32,000 nucleotides of DNA from assembly GCF_000019605.1 (NCBI RefSeq), contig NC_010482.1, forward strand, positions 120,001 to 152,000, in the 5' to 3' direction. The stretch is from Candidatus Korarchaeum cryptofilum OPF8. Its GTDB lineage: Archaea; Korarchaeota; Korarchaeia; Korarchaeales; Korarchaeaceae. The notes under the pieces are model-generated. The model worked only from the letters and a program-made list of their open reading frames with translations. It ran no database searches and was not told the DNA's origin. Both the position numbers and the translations under genes were made by a program. Shown piece after piece: positions 16,728 to 25,831 of this stretch; position 1 is the stretch's first letter, and every line of letters begins with the position of its first letter.

Positions 16728-17228
16728 ATGATCCACCTCTATACAGGTAATGGAAAGGGGAAGACCACGGCTGCTTTCGGATTGGCTATGAGAAATGCTG
16801 GATGGGGAGGGAAAGTTTTAGTAATACAGTTCTTAAAGGGCCTGCCAAGCGGGGAGGTGCTCTCAGCATCTAAAGTCGGGATAGAAGTAAGGCAGTATGG
16901 GACGGGTAAGTTCATCAGGGATTATGTGGATGAGAAGGAATATGAGATGGCTAAAAAAGCGCTTGAGGATTCGAGGGAGGCCCTGAGATCCGGAAATTAT
17001 ACTTTGGTCGTACTCGACGAAATATGCGTTGCTGTCCATCTGGGGATCATCAAAGAGGATGATGTCTTAAAAATCTTGAGTGAGAGAGCGCTTTCGACGG
17101 AGGTCGTGCTGACTGGGAGGTATGCACCCAGGTCCTTCTATGAGTTAGCTGATTATGTCACTGAGTTCTTAGATATTAAGCACCCATATACTAGAGGGGT
17201 TACTGCAAGGAAAGGGATAGAATTTTAG
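16728..17228 (+). CDS. cobO: ATP:cob(I)alamin adenosyltransferase (CobA/CobO/BtuR type)
   Basis: MIHLYTGNGKGKTTAAFGLAMRNAGWGGKVLVIQFLKG and VVLDE motifs. ATG 16728 lies 2 nt after the nrdJ stop. The ORF-track start at 16677 lies inside nrdJ. Confidence 0.9.
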   Translation: MIHLYTGNGKGKTTAAFGLAMRNAGWGGKVLVIQFLKGLPSGEVLSASKVGIEVRQYGTGKFIRDYVDEKEYEMAKKALEDSREALRSGNYTLVVLDEICVAVHLGIIKEDDVLKILSERALSTEVVLTGRYAPRSFYELADYVTEFLDIKHPYTRGVTARKGIEF

Positions 17229-17453
17229 CTTTAAATCACCAAATCATATTTAAAAATAACTTTAAATTTTTAAATGATAAAATAAATTTCCGTTATAACT
17301 TTTCCTATAAGAACATTAAATACAAAATAAAAAAATCTAATAATCTAACGATGTTATTTTACTATTTCTTATTCAGAATTTCTCTAAAAGAAAGTTAAAG
17401 TATGGACAGAAAAGTTTTTAACAATTCGGCTCCGCACAGCCGGGGTAAATAGT
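17229..17453. promoter_or_regulatory. Strongly A+T-rich spacer / nuo operon promoter region
   Basis: About 170 nt are roughly 80% A+T by eye, with many TTTAAA/TAAAT boxes. The last TATA-like box, GTTTTTAACA (17414-17423), is followed by a short hairpin CGGCT-ccgcac-AGCCG (17427-17442) just before ATG 17454. Confidence 0.45.
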
Positions 17454-17843
17454 ATGGACATTATAATCCCGCAGGGGCTACTGGCCTTGGCGACTTTCTC
17501 AATAGGTCTCGTTTTGGGAATAGGTTTGGGGATTATAGGTATAGCTCTCGGTAAAATTGTCTCGCCCTCTAAAGATCTTCCCAAGAAGAGGGAGAGATAT
17601 GAGTGCGCGAATCCCCCGGTAGGGAGAGCGAGGGGGCTATTGATGATGCAGTACTACCCATTTCTCCTTCTGTTCCTCACTATAGAGCCCATAATGATAT
17701 ATTCATTCCTCTTCCTTCTCGAGAGTTATAAGTATCCCCTTAATGCATTCCTCCTCTTCACGGGGATCCTGGGCTTTATGATCCCTCCGCTGATCTTCGG
17801 ATTATACTCGGCGAGGAGGCTGGAACTATGGTCTGCGCCCTAG
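17454..17843 (+). CDS. nuoA: NADH-quinone oxidoreductase subunit A
   Basis: 129 aa with 3 TM helices. Contains the ERYECANPP loop motif. First gene of the nuo cluster. Confidence 0.85.
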   Translation: MDIIIPQGLLALATFSIGLVLGIGLGIIGIALGKIVSPSKDLPKKRERYECANPPVGRARGLLMMQYYPFLLLFLTIEPIMIYSFLFLLESYKYPLNAFLLFTGILGFMIPPLIFGLYSARRLELWSAP

Positions 17844-18352
17844 AGGGTTCCATTCTCATCGGTAACTTGGAGAGATCCGCTAGGAAGGCCGCGGCCTGGC
17901 TCGTCAATAAGAGGCCCATAAGGGATATCAGGGATTGGGGGATAGCTTTCTCACTCTGGCCCGTTCATTTCACAACAGCATGCTGTGGAGCTGAATTTGC
18001 AGCTTCAGCAGCACCTAAATATGATGCTGAGAGGCTGGGGTTCCTCCCATTCATAGGGATAAGGCAGTGCAACGTCCTCTTCATCGAGGGGACTCTGAGC
18101 AAGAAGATGGCTGAAGCTGCGATATGGGTCTACGAGCAGATGCCGGAGCCGAAGTTCGTCATCGGGATGGGGGCTTGTGCGATAGATGGAGGGATATTTT
18201 GGAATAGCTACAATATAGTGAGGCCCATGGACATCCTGCCGGTCAACGTTTTCATACCTGGGTGCCCACCCAGGCCCGAGGCTGTCGCTCAAGCGATAAT
18301 AATGCTCCAGAGGAAGATAAGGAAAGGGGAGCTGGTGAAGTATGAGGATTGA
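17828..18352 (+). CDS. nuoB: NADH-quinone oxidoreductase subunit B
   Basis: Cluster N2 ligand motifs are present: TTACCGAEF, GMGACA and IPGCPPRPEA. Confidence 0.95.
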   Translation: MVCALEGSILIGNLERSARKAAAWLVNKRPIRDIRDWGIAFSLWPVHFTTACCGAEFAASAAPKYDAERLGFLPFIGIRQCNVLFIEGTLSKKMAEAAIWVYEQMPEPKFVIGMGACAIDGGIFWNSYNIVRPMDILPVNVFIPGCPPRPEAVAQAIIMLQRKIRKGELVKYED

Positions 18353-18812
18353 GGATCTGAAAATTAAAATTGAGGATGAACTCAAGGGAATAGCTGAGAT
18401 CTCAGTTAGGGAACCCAATGTAATAGATGTGAAGGTCAGCAGGGATAAGATCGTTGAGGTGGCTGAGAAGCTCAAGAGGATGGGATTCGATCACGTCAAA
18501 TCCGTAACTGCCGTGGATTATCCTGGGGAGAGGTTCGAGGTAGTATACGTAGCATCTTCATATGAAGCGTCTCTCTCATACTTCCTAGTGAGTCTTAGGA
18601 CCTCTCTTCCATATGATGATCCGAGGATGAGCTCCCTCCTAAGTGTTTGGCCTAGCGTCCTCTACCAGGAGCATGAGGAACATGATCTGATGGGTATAGA
18701 GTTCGAGGGGAACCCGAGGATGGGGGAGAGGCTCCTCCTACCCGAGAGCTACGAGGGAATACCTCCGCTGAGGAAGGAGTTCAAAGTCAGGGTGGAGGGG
18801 ATAGATGCATGA
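18342..18812 (+). CDS. nuoC: NADH-quinone oxidoreductase subunit C
   Basis: Contains VTAVDYP...FEVVY and YQEHEEHDLMGIEFEGNP motifs. Confidence 0.9.
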   Translation: MRIEDLKIKIEDELKGIAEISVREPNVIDVKVSRDKIVEVAEKLKRMGFDHVKSVTAVDYPGERFEVVYVASSYEASLSYFLVSLRTSLPYDDPRMSSLLSVWPSVLYQEHEEHDLMGIEFEGNPRMGERLLLPESYEGIPPLRKEFKVRVEGIDA

Positions 18813-19978
18813 GCTTAGAGGAGAGGACTCTGGAGCTCCTGATAGGTCCTCAGCATCCGGCCTCGGGGCATATGAGGCTCGTGGCTAAGATAGATGGCGA
18901 TATAGTGGTAGAGCTGAGGCCAAACATAGGTTACGTCCACAGATCCGTTGAGAAGTTAGCTGAGGTAAAGAAGTTCCTCCAAATAATTCCGCTGGTCGAG
19001 AGGCCCTCCCTAGCGGATACTACTGCTAATAACTTAGCTTACGTCATGGCACTGGAGAAGCTCCTGGGGATAGATCCTCCGGAGAGAGCTAAGTACTTGA
19101 GGACGCTGCTCGCTGAGATAAATAGGATTCACAGCCACCTTTATGGTTTAGGAATTCATGGAGTAATGATAGGTTCCTCAACAGCATATATGTGGTGCTT
19201 CGGGGACAGGGAGCCCTTCCTGGAATTAGCTCAGGAGCTGACCGGGGCTAGGTTAACTTACTCTTACATAATACCCGGCGGGGTGAGGAGGGATCTCCCG
19301 AAGGGGTTCGCTGAGAGGGCTGAGAAGGCTCTGAAGTACCTGGAAGGCAGGATGAAGGATTACTTCGATATATACTTCAACAATCCAGTCGTCAGGGCTA
19401 GATTAGAGGGAGTTGGTGTACTGAGCAAGGAGGATGCAATAAAACTCGGGGTGACGGGGCCCAATTTAAGGGCTAGCGGTGTTGCTTACGATGTCAGGAG
19501 GGCTGAGCCTTATGCAGCTTATCCAAATTTGGATTTCGATGTCATCACGGAGGAAGAAGGGGATTGTTACGCTAGGGTCATGGTCAGGGTCAGGGAGATA
19601 ATGGAGAGCATCAAGATAATAAGACAGGTCCTAAAAGAGATGCCTGAGGGTCCGATAATTCATGAAAGTTATGAGAAATTGATACCGCCTAAACTGAGGG
19701 AGGAGATGAAGCAGAAGGGGATAGTCAAGTTCCCCTCCGTATTCGCGAACTTGAGGGTCCCGGCTGGGGAAGCCATTTCAAGAGTCGAAGGTGGAAGGGG
19801 AGAAGTGGTCTTCCATGTGATAAGCGATGGGAAGCTCAGTCCGTACAGGATGAGGATGGTCACCCCCTCCTTCAGGAACGTGATATTATTCGAGCATTTA
19901 ACGAAGGGGGCTAGAGTAGCAGATATCCCCGCGATTTACGGTAGCCTGGATTACTTCCCTCCGGAGGCTGATAGGTGA
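18809..19978 (+). CDS. nuoD: NADH-quinone oxidoreductase subunit D
   Basis: Contains IGPQHPASGHMRL, IGYVHRSVEKL and INRIHSHL motifs. ATGA overlap with nuoC. Confidence 0.95.
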   Translation: MSLEERTLELLIGPQHPASGHMRLVAKIDGDIVVELRPNIGYVHRSVEKLAEVKKFLQIIPLVERPSLADTTANNLAYVMALEKLLGIDPPERAKYLRTLLAEINRIHSHLYGLGIHGVMIGSSTAYMWCFGDREPFLELAQELTGARLTYSYIIPGGVRRDLPKGFAERAEKALKYLEGRMKDYFDIYFNNPVVRARLEGVGVLSKEDAIKLGVTGPNLRASGVAYDVRRAEPYAAYPNLDFDVITEEEGDCYARVMVRVREIMESIKIIRQVLKEMPEGPIIHESYEKLIPPKLREEMKQKGIVKFPSVFANLRVPAGEAISRVEGGRGEVVFHVISDGKLSPYRMRMVTPSFRNVILFEHLTKGARVADIPAIYGSLDYFPPEADR

Positions 19979-20979
19979 TGAGCATAATAGATCTCTTATT
20001 ACAGCCATATATATTCATCCCCCTGGTTTTTCCGGGCCTTATAGCTGCTTTCGTCCTACTGCTCATAATAATATGGCTTGAGAGGAAAATAGCAGCTAAA
20101 GTGCAGCTCAGATATGGTCCGCTCTACGTACTGAAACCATTGGGAGGAGTCATACAGACTATAGCTGATCTAATCAGGTATCTCTTCCAGGAACCGGTAA
20201 TACCCAAGGAAGTGGATAAAGCGGCCTTCTTATTAACCCCAGTTTTCCTTTTCGGCCTAGCCTACCTTCCTCTAGTCATGATACCGATCAGCCCCGCATA
20301 CTACGCCTTTAGGAGCGATCTCTCCCTCTTAATAGCCCTCGCCCTGACGACATTGGCCCCTATCTTCACCCTGATAATGGGATGGGCTAGTAACAATAAG
20401 TTCTCGCTGATAGGGAGCGTCAGAGAGGGCTATCTGGTGACCTCATATGAGATACCGATATTCCTCTCCGCCCTCTCCATGGCAGTACTCTACAACTCGC
20501 TGGACCTCGTTGAGATAGCTGAAGCCCAGAGGAGAATATGGGGAGTCTTCCTGAACCCGATAGCAGCAGCCAACATGCTAGTATTGATTTACATGTCTAC
20601 ATCGAAGTTCCCGTTCGAGATACCCGAGGCCGAGAGCGAGATAGTGGCTGGGCCTTACACCGAATACAGCGGGATAATCTATGGATTGGTAATGGGTGCA
20701 TCCTATATAAAGCTATACGTATTGAGCTTGATATATTCAATACTCTTCCTGGGCGGCTGGAATCCATCCCCGTCCCCTGATCCCTTCATCTCCGGAGGCG
20801 TGCTCTTCCTGAAGGCATTCATACTAGTGGCATTCGGAGCATTCCTCAGGGCTGTTTATCCGAGGTTCAGGATAGATCAAGCTGTCAATATAGGATGGAG
20901 GATAGCGTTCCCCCTATCCATACTATCCATCCTGCTATCGTTGGTCCTGATAATGGGAGGTGTGAGGTTTGCAGGTTGA
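19975..20979 (+). CDS. nuoH: NADH-quinone oxidoreductase subunit H
   Basis: Contains ERKIAAKVQLRYGP, WASNNKFSLIGSVR and GPYTEYSG motifs. The start is GTG 19975 or ATG 19978. Confidence 0.93.
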   Translation: MMSIIDLLLQPYIFIPLVFPGLIAAFVLLLIIIWLERKIAAKVQLRYGPLYVLKPLGGVIQTIADLIRYLFQEPVIPKEVDKAAFLLTPVFLFGLAYLPLVMIPISPAYYAFRSDLSLLIALALTTLAPIFTLIMGWASNNKFSLIGSVREGYLVTSYEIPIFLSALSMAVLYNSLDLVEIAEAQRRIWGVFLNPIAAANMLVLIYMSTSKFPFEIPEAESEIVAGPYTEYSGIIYGLVMGASYIKLYVLSLIYSILFLGGWNPSPSPDPFISGGVLFLKAFILVAFGAFLRAVYPRFRIDQAVNIGWRIAFPLSILSILLSLVLIMGGVRFAG

Positions 20980-21460
20980 GAGGACAGCTAGACACCTCAA
21001 GGCGATATTCACCGGGATGAAGTACCTCTTCCTGGGGCCTAGATTGACCATAATGTATCCAGATGAAATAGAGGATCTTCCAGAGGACTACAGGGGGATG
21101 ATAGAGTACGACTGGGATTCCTGTATAAAGTGCTCACTCTGCGCTATGGTGTGCCCGGCCGATGCCATGAAGATGTACGTATCCAAGGAGGAATCTGAGA
21201 AGGAGGGGAAGGTCGTTAAGAGGCCCGGGATAAACTATACTAGGTGCGTTTTCTGCGGTTTCTGCGTGGATATATGCCCTACTAACTCCTTGAGGTTCAC
21301 GAAGGTTCACGATGTAGCTTATTACACGTATGAGGAGCAGATATATCCTCCCCAGGAGTTCAGTAAGGGCGTCCCCAAGCCTGTTTACGATAAGGAGCCC
21401 AGGAAGGTTAAAGCGATATTGGATGAGAGGAGGGGGATCGTATATGAACCTTCAGATTGA
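20969..21460 (+). CDS. nuoI: NADH-quinone oxidoreductase subunit I (2x[4Fe-4S])
   Basis: Contains CIKCSLCAMVCP and CVFCGFCVDICP. The TTG start keeps the conserved ...LTIMYPDE N-terminal segment. Confidence 0.92.
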   Translation: MQVERTARHLKAIFTGMKYLFLGPRLTIMYPDEIEDLPEDYRGMIEYDWDSCIKCSLCAMVCPADAMKMYVSKEESEKEGKVVKRPGINYTRCVFCGFCVDICPTNSLRFTKVHDVAYYTYEEQIYPPQEFSKGVPKPVYDKEPRKVKAILDERRGIVYEPSD

Positions 21461-21926
21461 TCCCAACTTTATAATATTCCTCCTATCCTCGGCCCTAGCT
21501 TTAGTATCCTCAGCTTTAATAGTCTTCCACAGATCCATAGTTTACTCGGCTTTCTTCCTCTCCATGCTCGGTATAGCGAACTCAATACTGTTCACGCTCC
21601 TGGGCTTCCCCATAATAGCTCTATTCCATCTAGTCGTATATGTAGGCGCAGCTGTCACCTTCATACTATTCTCGCTCGTTATGATGAGGGAAGCTCCCAC
21701 AGTAGAGCCCGGGATAAGGGCTCTAGCAGTTGCCTCCATAGTCCTCATGATCCTAGTTCTCTCAAGTATCTTCATGGCTCCAGTAGGAAGACCCTCATTC
21801 TACTTGGAGTTCAGGAGCCTCACATCCCTCCTTATAGAGAGGTACTGGTTGGCTCTCCTCATAGCGACTCTCGCATTAGTTACGACCCTCATCGAAGCGA
21901 TAACTCTAGCTAGAAAGGAGGTGTGA
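21444..21926 (+). CDS. nuoJ: NADH-quinone oxidoreductase subunit J
   Basis: Hydrophobic protein of 160 aa (MNLQIDPNFIIFLLSSALA...). ATG 21444 is preceded by GGAGGGGGA. The longer ORF-track start at 21330 lies inside nuoI and encodes an R/S-rich non-membrane sequence. Confidence 0.8.
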   Translation: MNLQIDPNFIIFLLSSALALVSSALIVFHRSIVYSAFFLSMLGIANSILFTLLGFPIIALFHLVVYVGAAVTFILFSLVMMREAPTVEPGIRALAVASIVLMILVLSSIFMAPVGRPSFYLEFRSLTSLLIERYWLALLIATLALVTTLIEAITLARKEV

Positions 21927-22234
21927 TTATGGAGGTATATTGGTACCTCATATTATCGGCCGTTCTCCTGTCCTTCGGTATATACGGTCTCCTGACCAGG
22001 AGGAATATGATAAGGATGCTCCTCTCAGCCGAGATAATTTTTAATGCAGCCCTTCTGTCCCTCCTCTCCCTAGCCTCCTTGGATGCAAGTTACGGGCCGA
22101 TGGGAGGGGCTATCGCTATAATATCGATATCCCTATCGGCCGCGGAGGTCGGGGTCATAGTCTCGATAGCTATAATGATGTTCAGGATGAGGGGGACCCT
22201 GGATACGTATGAGTTGAGGAGCTTCAGGGGGTAA
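21923..22234 (+). CDS. nuoK: NADH-quinone oxidoreductase subunit K
   Basis: About 100 aa with 3 TM helices. Contains LLSAEIIFNAA and LSAAEVGVIVSI, with conserved membrane-embedded Glu residues. The start is GTG 21923 or ATG 21929. Confidence 0.85.
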   Translation: MIMEVYWYLILSAVLLSFGIYGLLTRRNMIRMLLSAEIIFNAALLSLLSLASLDASYGPMGGAIAIISISLSAAEVGVIVSIAIMMFRMRGTLDTYELRSFRG

Positions 22235-22238
22235 AATC

Positions 22239-23762
22239 ATGATCCTGAATGTCCCGGTATTATTCCTCTCAGTAGTTATACCCATATTGGCCTCCCTATT
22301 CCTCCCGTTTTTGAAGGGGAAGAGGGAGCTCACTATAATATCCACGATACTTCTCCTGATACCGCTCGCAGCCGTGATATGGCTCTCCTTAGTATCGGGA
22401 TTGAGGGAACCTGTCTTAGATCCAGTAGTACTGTCGAATCCCACGCTAGGGAACTTCTCTATGCTCTTAGATCCGATATCGGCTCCAGTAGCTCTCTCGA
22501 TAGGCATCGTTACCTCTATGATATCGATCTACTCGCTGAGGTATATGGAGCATAGGTTCGAGGAGATGGAAAAGGAAGGGCAGAGACCGGCTAGCTGGGG
22601 AATATACTTCATGCTTTACGTTATGTTCTCAGCCGCTATGATGGGGACTGTCCTATCGACTAACTTAGTGGAATTCTACCTCTTCCTAGAGGTCTCACTC
22701 CTCCCCAGCTTCCTCCTCATAGCTTTCTACGGTTACGGTAGGAGGGAGAGGATAGCCCTCCTCTACTTGATCTGGACGCATGTAGGGGCTTTAGCATTCC
22801 TGATAGGAGCCCTTCTACTTGGACTAAATGCTAGGACTTTCGACTTCTTCAACCCGATTAAAGGAGTGGCCAATATGGGCTTAGGTGAGCTCCTGCCGGA
22901 AGCGATGAGGATGCCCGTCTTCATAGCGATCCTAATAGGTCTCTTCGTGAAGATGGCGGTCTTCGGGGTCCATATATGGCTGCCCTATGCACATGCTGAG
23001 GCTCCAACGCCTGTATCAGCTCTCCTTTCCCCGAACTTGATAGGGATAGCCGGTTATGCACTCATAAGGATAGCTTACGTCCTATTCCCGTCAGATTTCG
23101 CTTCCATATCCCCATACCTTCTGGGGCTAGCTCTACTCACGATAATCTATGGAGGCCTGATGGCTCTAGCTCAAGATGACTTCAAGAGGTTCCTGGCTTA
23201 CTCCAGCGTCTCCCAGATGGGATATCTGTTGATGGGTGTAGCTAGCGTCACCTCCCTGGGGATGGCGGGCGCCCTCCTCCATTACGCTGCTCACGCTGTG
23301 GGCAAAGCTCTTCTCTTCGCAACAGCGGGAGTACTGATAACTCAGCTCCACGGTCTCAGGAGCATCTCAAAGATGGGAGGCCTAGCAACCAAGATGCCGA
23401 TGACAGCGGCTCTAGCGTTAATAGGATTCATGCACATAACTGGAGTACCGCCATCCTTGGGCCTCTGGAGCGAGATACTCATATTGGCTGGCGTCTCAGA
23501 TCTAGCGATGAGGATAGGTCAATTCACCCTGATAGTAGCGCTCCTTCTAGTGGGCATAGGATTGTCCACAGCATATTCTTTCGTGACGATGAGGAGGATC
23601 TTCTTCGGCCACGAATCCGAGGCATCTGAGCACGCTAAGGAAGCTGGTTATGGCCTCCTGCTGCCCATGATAGTGATAGCGGCCATGGGCTTACTGCTCT
23701 TCTTGGTACCTCAGCTCCTGATAGATCCGATGATAAGGTCATTGAACTCCCTGCTAGGGTGA
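22239..23762 (+). CDS. nuoM: NADH-quinone oxidoreductase subunit M (antiporter-like)
   Basis: The HIWLPYAHAEAPTPVSALLS motif is typical of NuoM/ND4. 507 aa. Confidence 0.85.
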   Translation: MILNVPVLFLSVVIPILASLFLPFLKGKRELTIISTILLLIPLAAVIWLSLVSGLREPVLDPVVLSNPTLGNFSMLLDPISAPVALSIGIVTSMISIYSLRYMEHRFEEMEKEGQRPASWGIYFMLYVMFSAAMMGTVLSTNLVEFYLFLEVSLLPSFLLIAFYGYGRRERIALLYLIWTHVGALAFLIGALLLGLNARTFDFFNPIKGVANMGLGELLPEAMRMPVFIAILIGLFVKMAVFGVHIWLPYAHAEAPTPVSALLSPNLIGIAGYALIRIAYVLFPSDFASISPYLLGLALLTIIYGGLMALAQDDFKRFLAYSSVSQMGYLLMGVASVTSLGMAGALLHYAAHAVGKALLFATAGVLITQLHGLRSISKMGGLATKMPMTAALALIGFMHITGVPPSLGLWSEILILAGVSDLAMRIGQFTLIVALLLVGIGLSTAYSFVTMRRIFFGHESEASEHAKEAGYGLLLPMIVIAAMGLLLFLVPQLLIDPMIRSLNSLLG

Positions 23763-25831
23763 ACGCTATGGATTACGCCCTCCTGACCTGGTCCCTCCCC
23801 TTCATCGGCGCTCTGCTCTCCCTGATCCTGAGGGGGAAGGTGAGGGACATAATAGCAGTACTAGCGATACTGGCTTCAGCCCTCTTCTCCACTCTCTCAC
23901 TTCAGGAATTCCTTAGGGCTGGAGAGCCCATTCATCTGAGCTATCAATGGATACCATCGCTGGGCATATCCCTCGGGACTTACGTGGATTCATTGAGCGG
24001 GTTCATGTCGCTGATAGTCTCATGGTTGAGCTTCTTAATAGCCGCTTACAGCCTGAAGTATATGGAAGAGGACCCAGGGCTAACGAGATACTGGTTCTTC
24101 TTTGATTTCTTCGTCGGTAGCATGCTCCTCTTGGTCCTGGCCGATAACCTAATTACCATGTTCCTGGGATGGGAGGGAACTGGGTTAGCTTCTTACGCCC
24201 TCATAGGCCACTGGTACACTGATGAGGAGGAGAGATGCGTCGGAGATATAGGGAGGAAGGCTTTCGGCGTCCCGATGTGGTTCACACCGAGCCACAGCGG
24301 GCTCAGGGCAATAGTCTTCACGAGGTTAGGGGATGTTGGCTTCATAGCCGGGATAGGGGTCCTCTACTACTTCACTAAGAGCTTCTCAATAATAGAAATC
24401 TCGGAGAGGGTCGCTGATTGGGCTGGACCCATGGCCGAGGGAGGCCTGCTCCTCCCCTTCCTACTGATATTCTCCCTGGGGGCTTTCGCTAAATCAGCTC
24501 AATTCCCGTTCCACGAGTGGTTAGTTACAGCTATGACGGGTCCGACTTCAGTCAGCGCTTTAATACACGCAGCGACTATGGTGAAAGCCGGAGTCTACTT
24601 CTTGCTCAGGTTCTCCCCCATATTCGTGCTAGCTGCTCACGAAGTCCCCATGGCTGAGAGTCAGGTTCATGGCTTCTTCTCAGTTGTAGCGATAATAGGG
24701 GCATTCACAGCGTTCCTGATGGCATCCCAAGCTCTAGTCTCGAGGGAGTTGAAGCTAATACTGGCTTTCTCAACCGCATCCCAACTCGGTTACATGTTCC
24801 TAGCTTTAGGGGCTGCTGGTCTAATAACAGAGTTTCCATTGGGCTTCCTAGCCGGCTTCTCCCATCTTATGAGTCACGCTATATTCAAAGCATCCCTCTT
24901 CCTCGTAGCCGGTGCGATGATACATGCCGTGCACTCTAGGTTCATAGACGATATGGGCGGCCTCTGGAAGGTCATGAGATGGTCCTTCCTATCCATTAGC
25001 CTCGCTGCCCTGAGTTTAATGGGAATACCACCATTCATGGGGTTCTGGACGAAGGACATGGTGCTAGAAGTGGCTAAGGACTCCGGGATATACATCGCTT
25101 ACATTCTAGGCCTCATAACAGCCGGCCTCACTGCTTTCTACTCCACCAGACTATTGATAAGGACTTTCATAATCGGGAAAGCCCATCACGCTCACGAAGC
25201 TCATCCCATAATGCTACTCCCCTACCTGATCCTAGCTCTAATATCCTTCCTCCTCGGGATGCTCTGGCCCATCCTAGGGAGTAGCTTACTCTCCGGGATG
25301 GTGCTGAAAGTAATAGGGATTCATGAGGAGTTCCATCCGGAGCTGCACTTGGATCCAGGGCTCCTGATATCATCCTTAGGAATCGTCTCCCTGGGCATAA
25401 TAGTGGCTCTATCCCTCTACTTGACTGAGGGAGGCCTCCGCAGTATATCCTCGATGAGGAGCAGCTCTCTGGGGAAGGCTATTCACGACTTCCTCTACGA
25501 TAGGTGGTACATAAATGCCCTCTACTACAAAGTGATAGTGGGATCCTTCTCCTGGCTATCCAGGAACGTCTTCAAGTACTTCGACTCGCTGATAATAGAT
25601 GGGTTCTACCATACCCTAATACCCAAGCTCACGGAGTGGCTCAGTTACTTCGGCTTCAAGTACTTCGAGACGGAGGTAGTGGATGATACCTACCATGAGA
25701 GGGTCGTGAGAGGATTCACCTCCCTCGGATCGTTCTTCAGGAGGATTCAGACAGGGCTGGTGAACCACTATCTCACGATATTCGTCTTAGGCCTCCTATT
25801 GGTGTTGCTGTTGATAATGTGGGTGGGATGA
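23759..25831 (+). CDS. nuoL: NADH-quinone oxidoreductase subunit L (antiporter-like, with long C-terminal lateral-helix region)
   Basis: Contains LGWEGTGLASYALIGHWY and FPFHEWLVTAMTGPTSVSALIHAATMV motifs. The 690-aa protein has the extended C-terminus expected of NuoL/ND5. Confidence 0.9.
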   Translation: MNAMDYALLTWSLPFIGALLSLILRGKVRDIIAVLAILASALFSTLSLQEFLRAGEPIHLSYQWIPSLGISLGTYVDSLSGFMSLIVSWLSFLIAAYSLKYMEEDPGLTRYWFFFDFFVGSMLLLVLADNLITMFLGWEGTGLASYALIGHWYTDEEERCVGDIGRKAFGVPMWFTPSHSGLRAIVFTRLGDVGFIAGIGVLYYFTKSFSIIEISERVADWAGPMAEGGLLLPFLLIFSLGAFAKSAQFPFHEWLVTAMTGPTSVSALIHAATMVKAGVYFLLRFSPIFVLAAHEVPMAESQVHGFFSVVAIIGAFTAFLMASQALVSRELKLILAFSTASQLGYMFLALGAAGLITEFPLGFLAGFSHLMSHAIFKASLFLVAGAMIHAVHSRFIDDMGGLWKVMRWSFLSISLAALSLMGIPPFMGFWTKDMVLEVAKDSGIYIAYILGLITAGLTAFYSTRLLIRTFIIGKAHHAHEAHPIMLLPYLILALISFLLGMLWPILGSSLLSGMVLKVIGIHEEFHPELHLDPGLLISSLGIVSLGIIVALSLYLTEGGLRSISSMRSSSLGKAIHDFLYDRWYINALYYKVIVGSFSWLSRNVFKYFDSLIIDGFYHTLIPKLTEWLSYFGFKYFETEVVDDTYHERVVRGFTSLGSFFRRIQTGLVNHYLTIFVLGLLLVLLLIMWVG

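Noticed and set aside
17229-17453. A+T-rich spacer as a replication origin
   Set aside because: There is no adjacent orc1/cdc6 gene. I found no repeated ORB/mini-ORB elements flanking the A+T tract, only one weak CTCC...GGGGT-like string at 17430-17446. A promoter role is the simpler explanation.
18005-18475. 156-aa minus-strand ORF across the nuoB/nuoC junction
   Set aside because: It is antisense to two strongly recognisable complex I subunits. The translation has no motifs and is rich in S/L/P.
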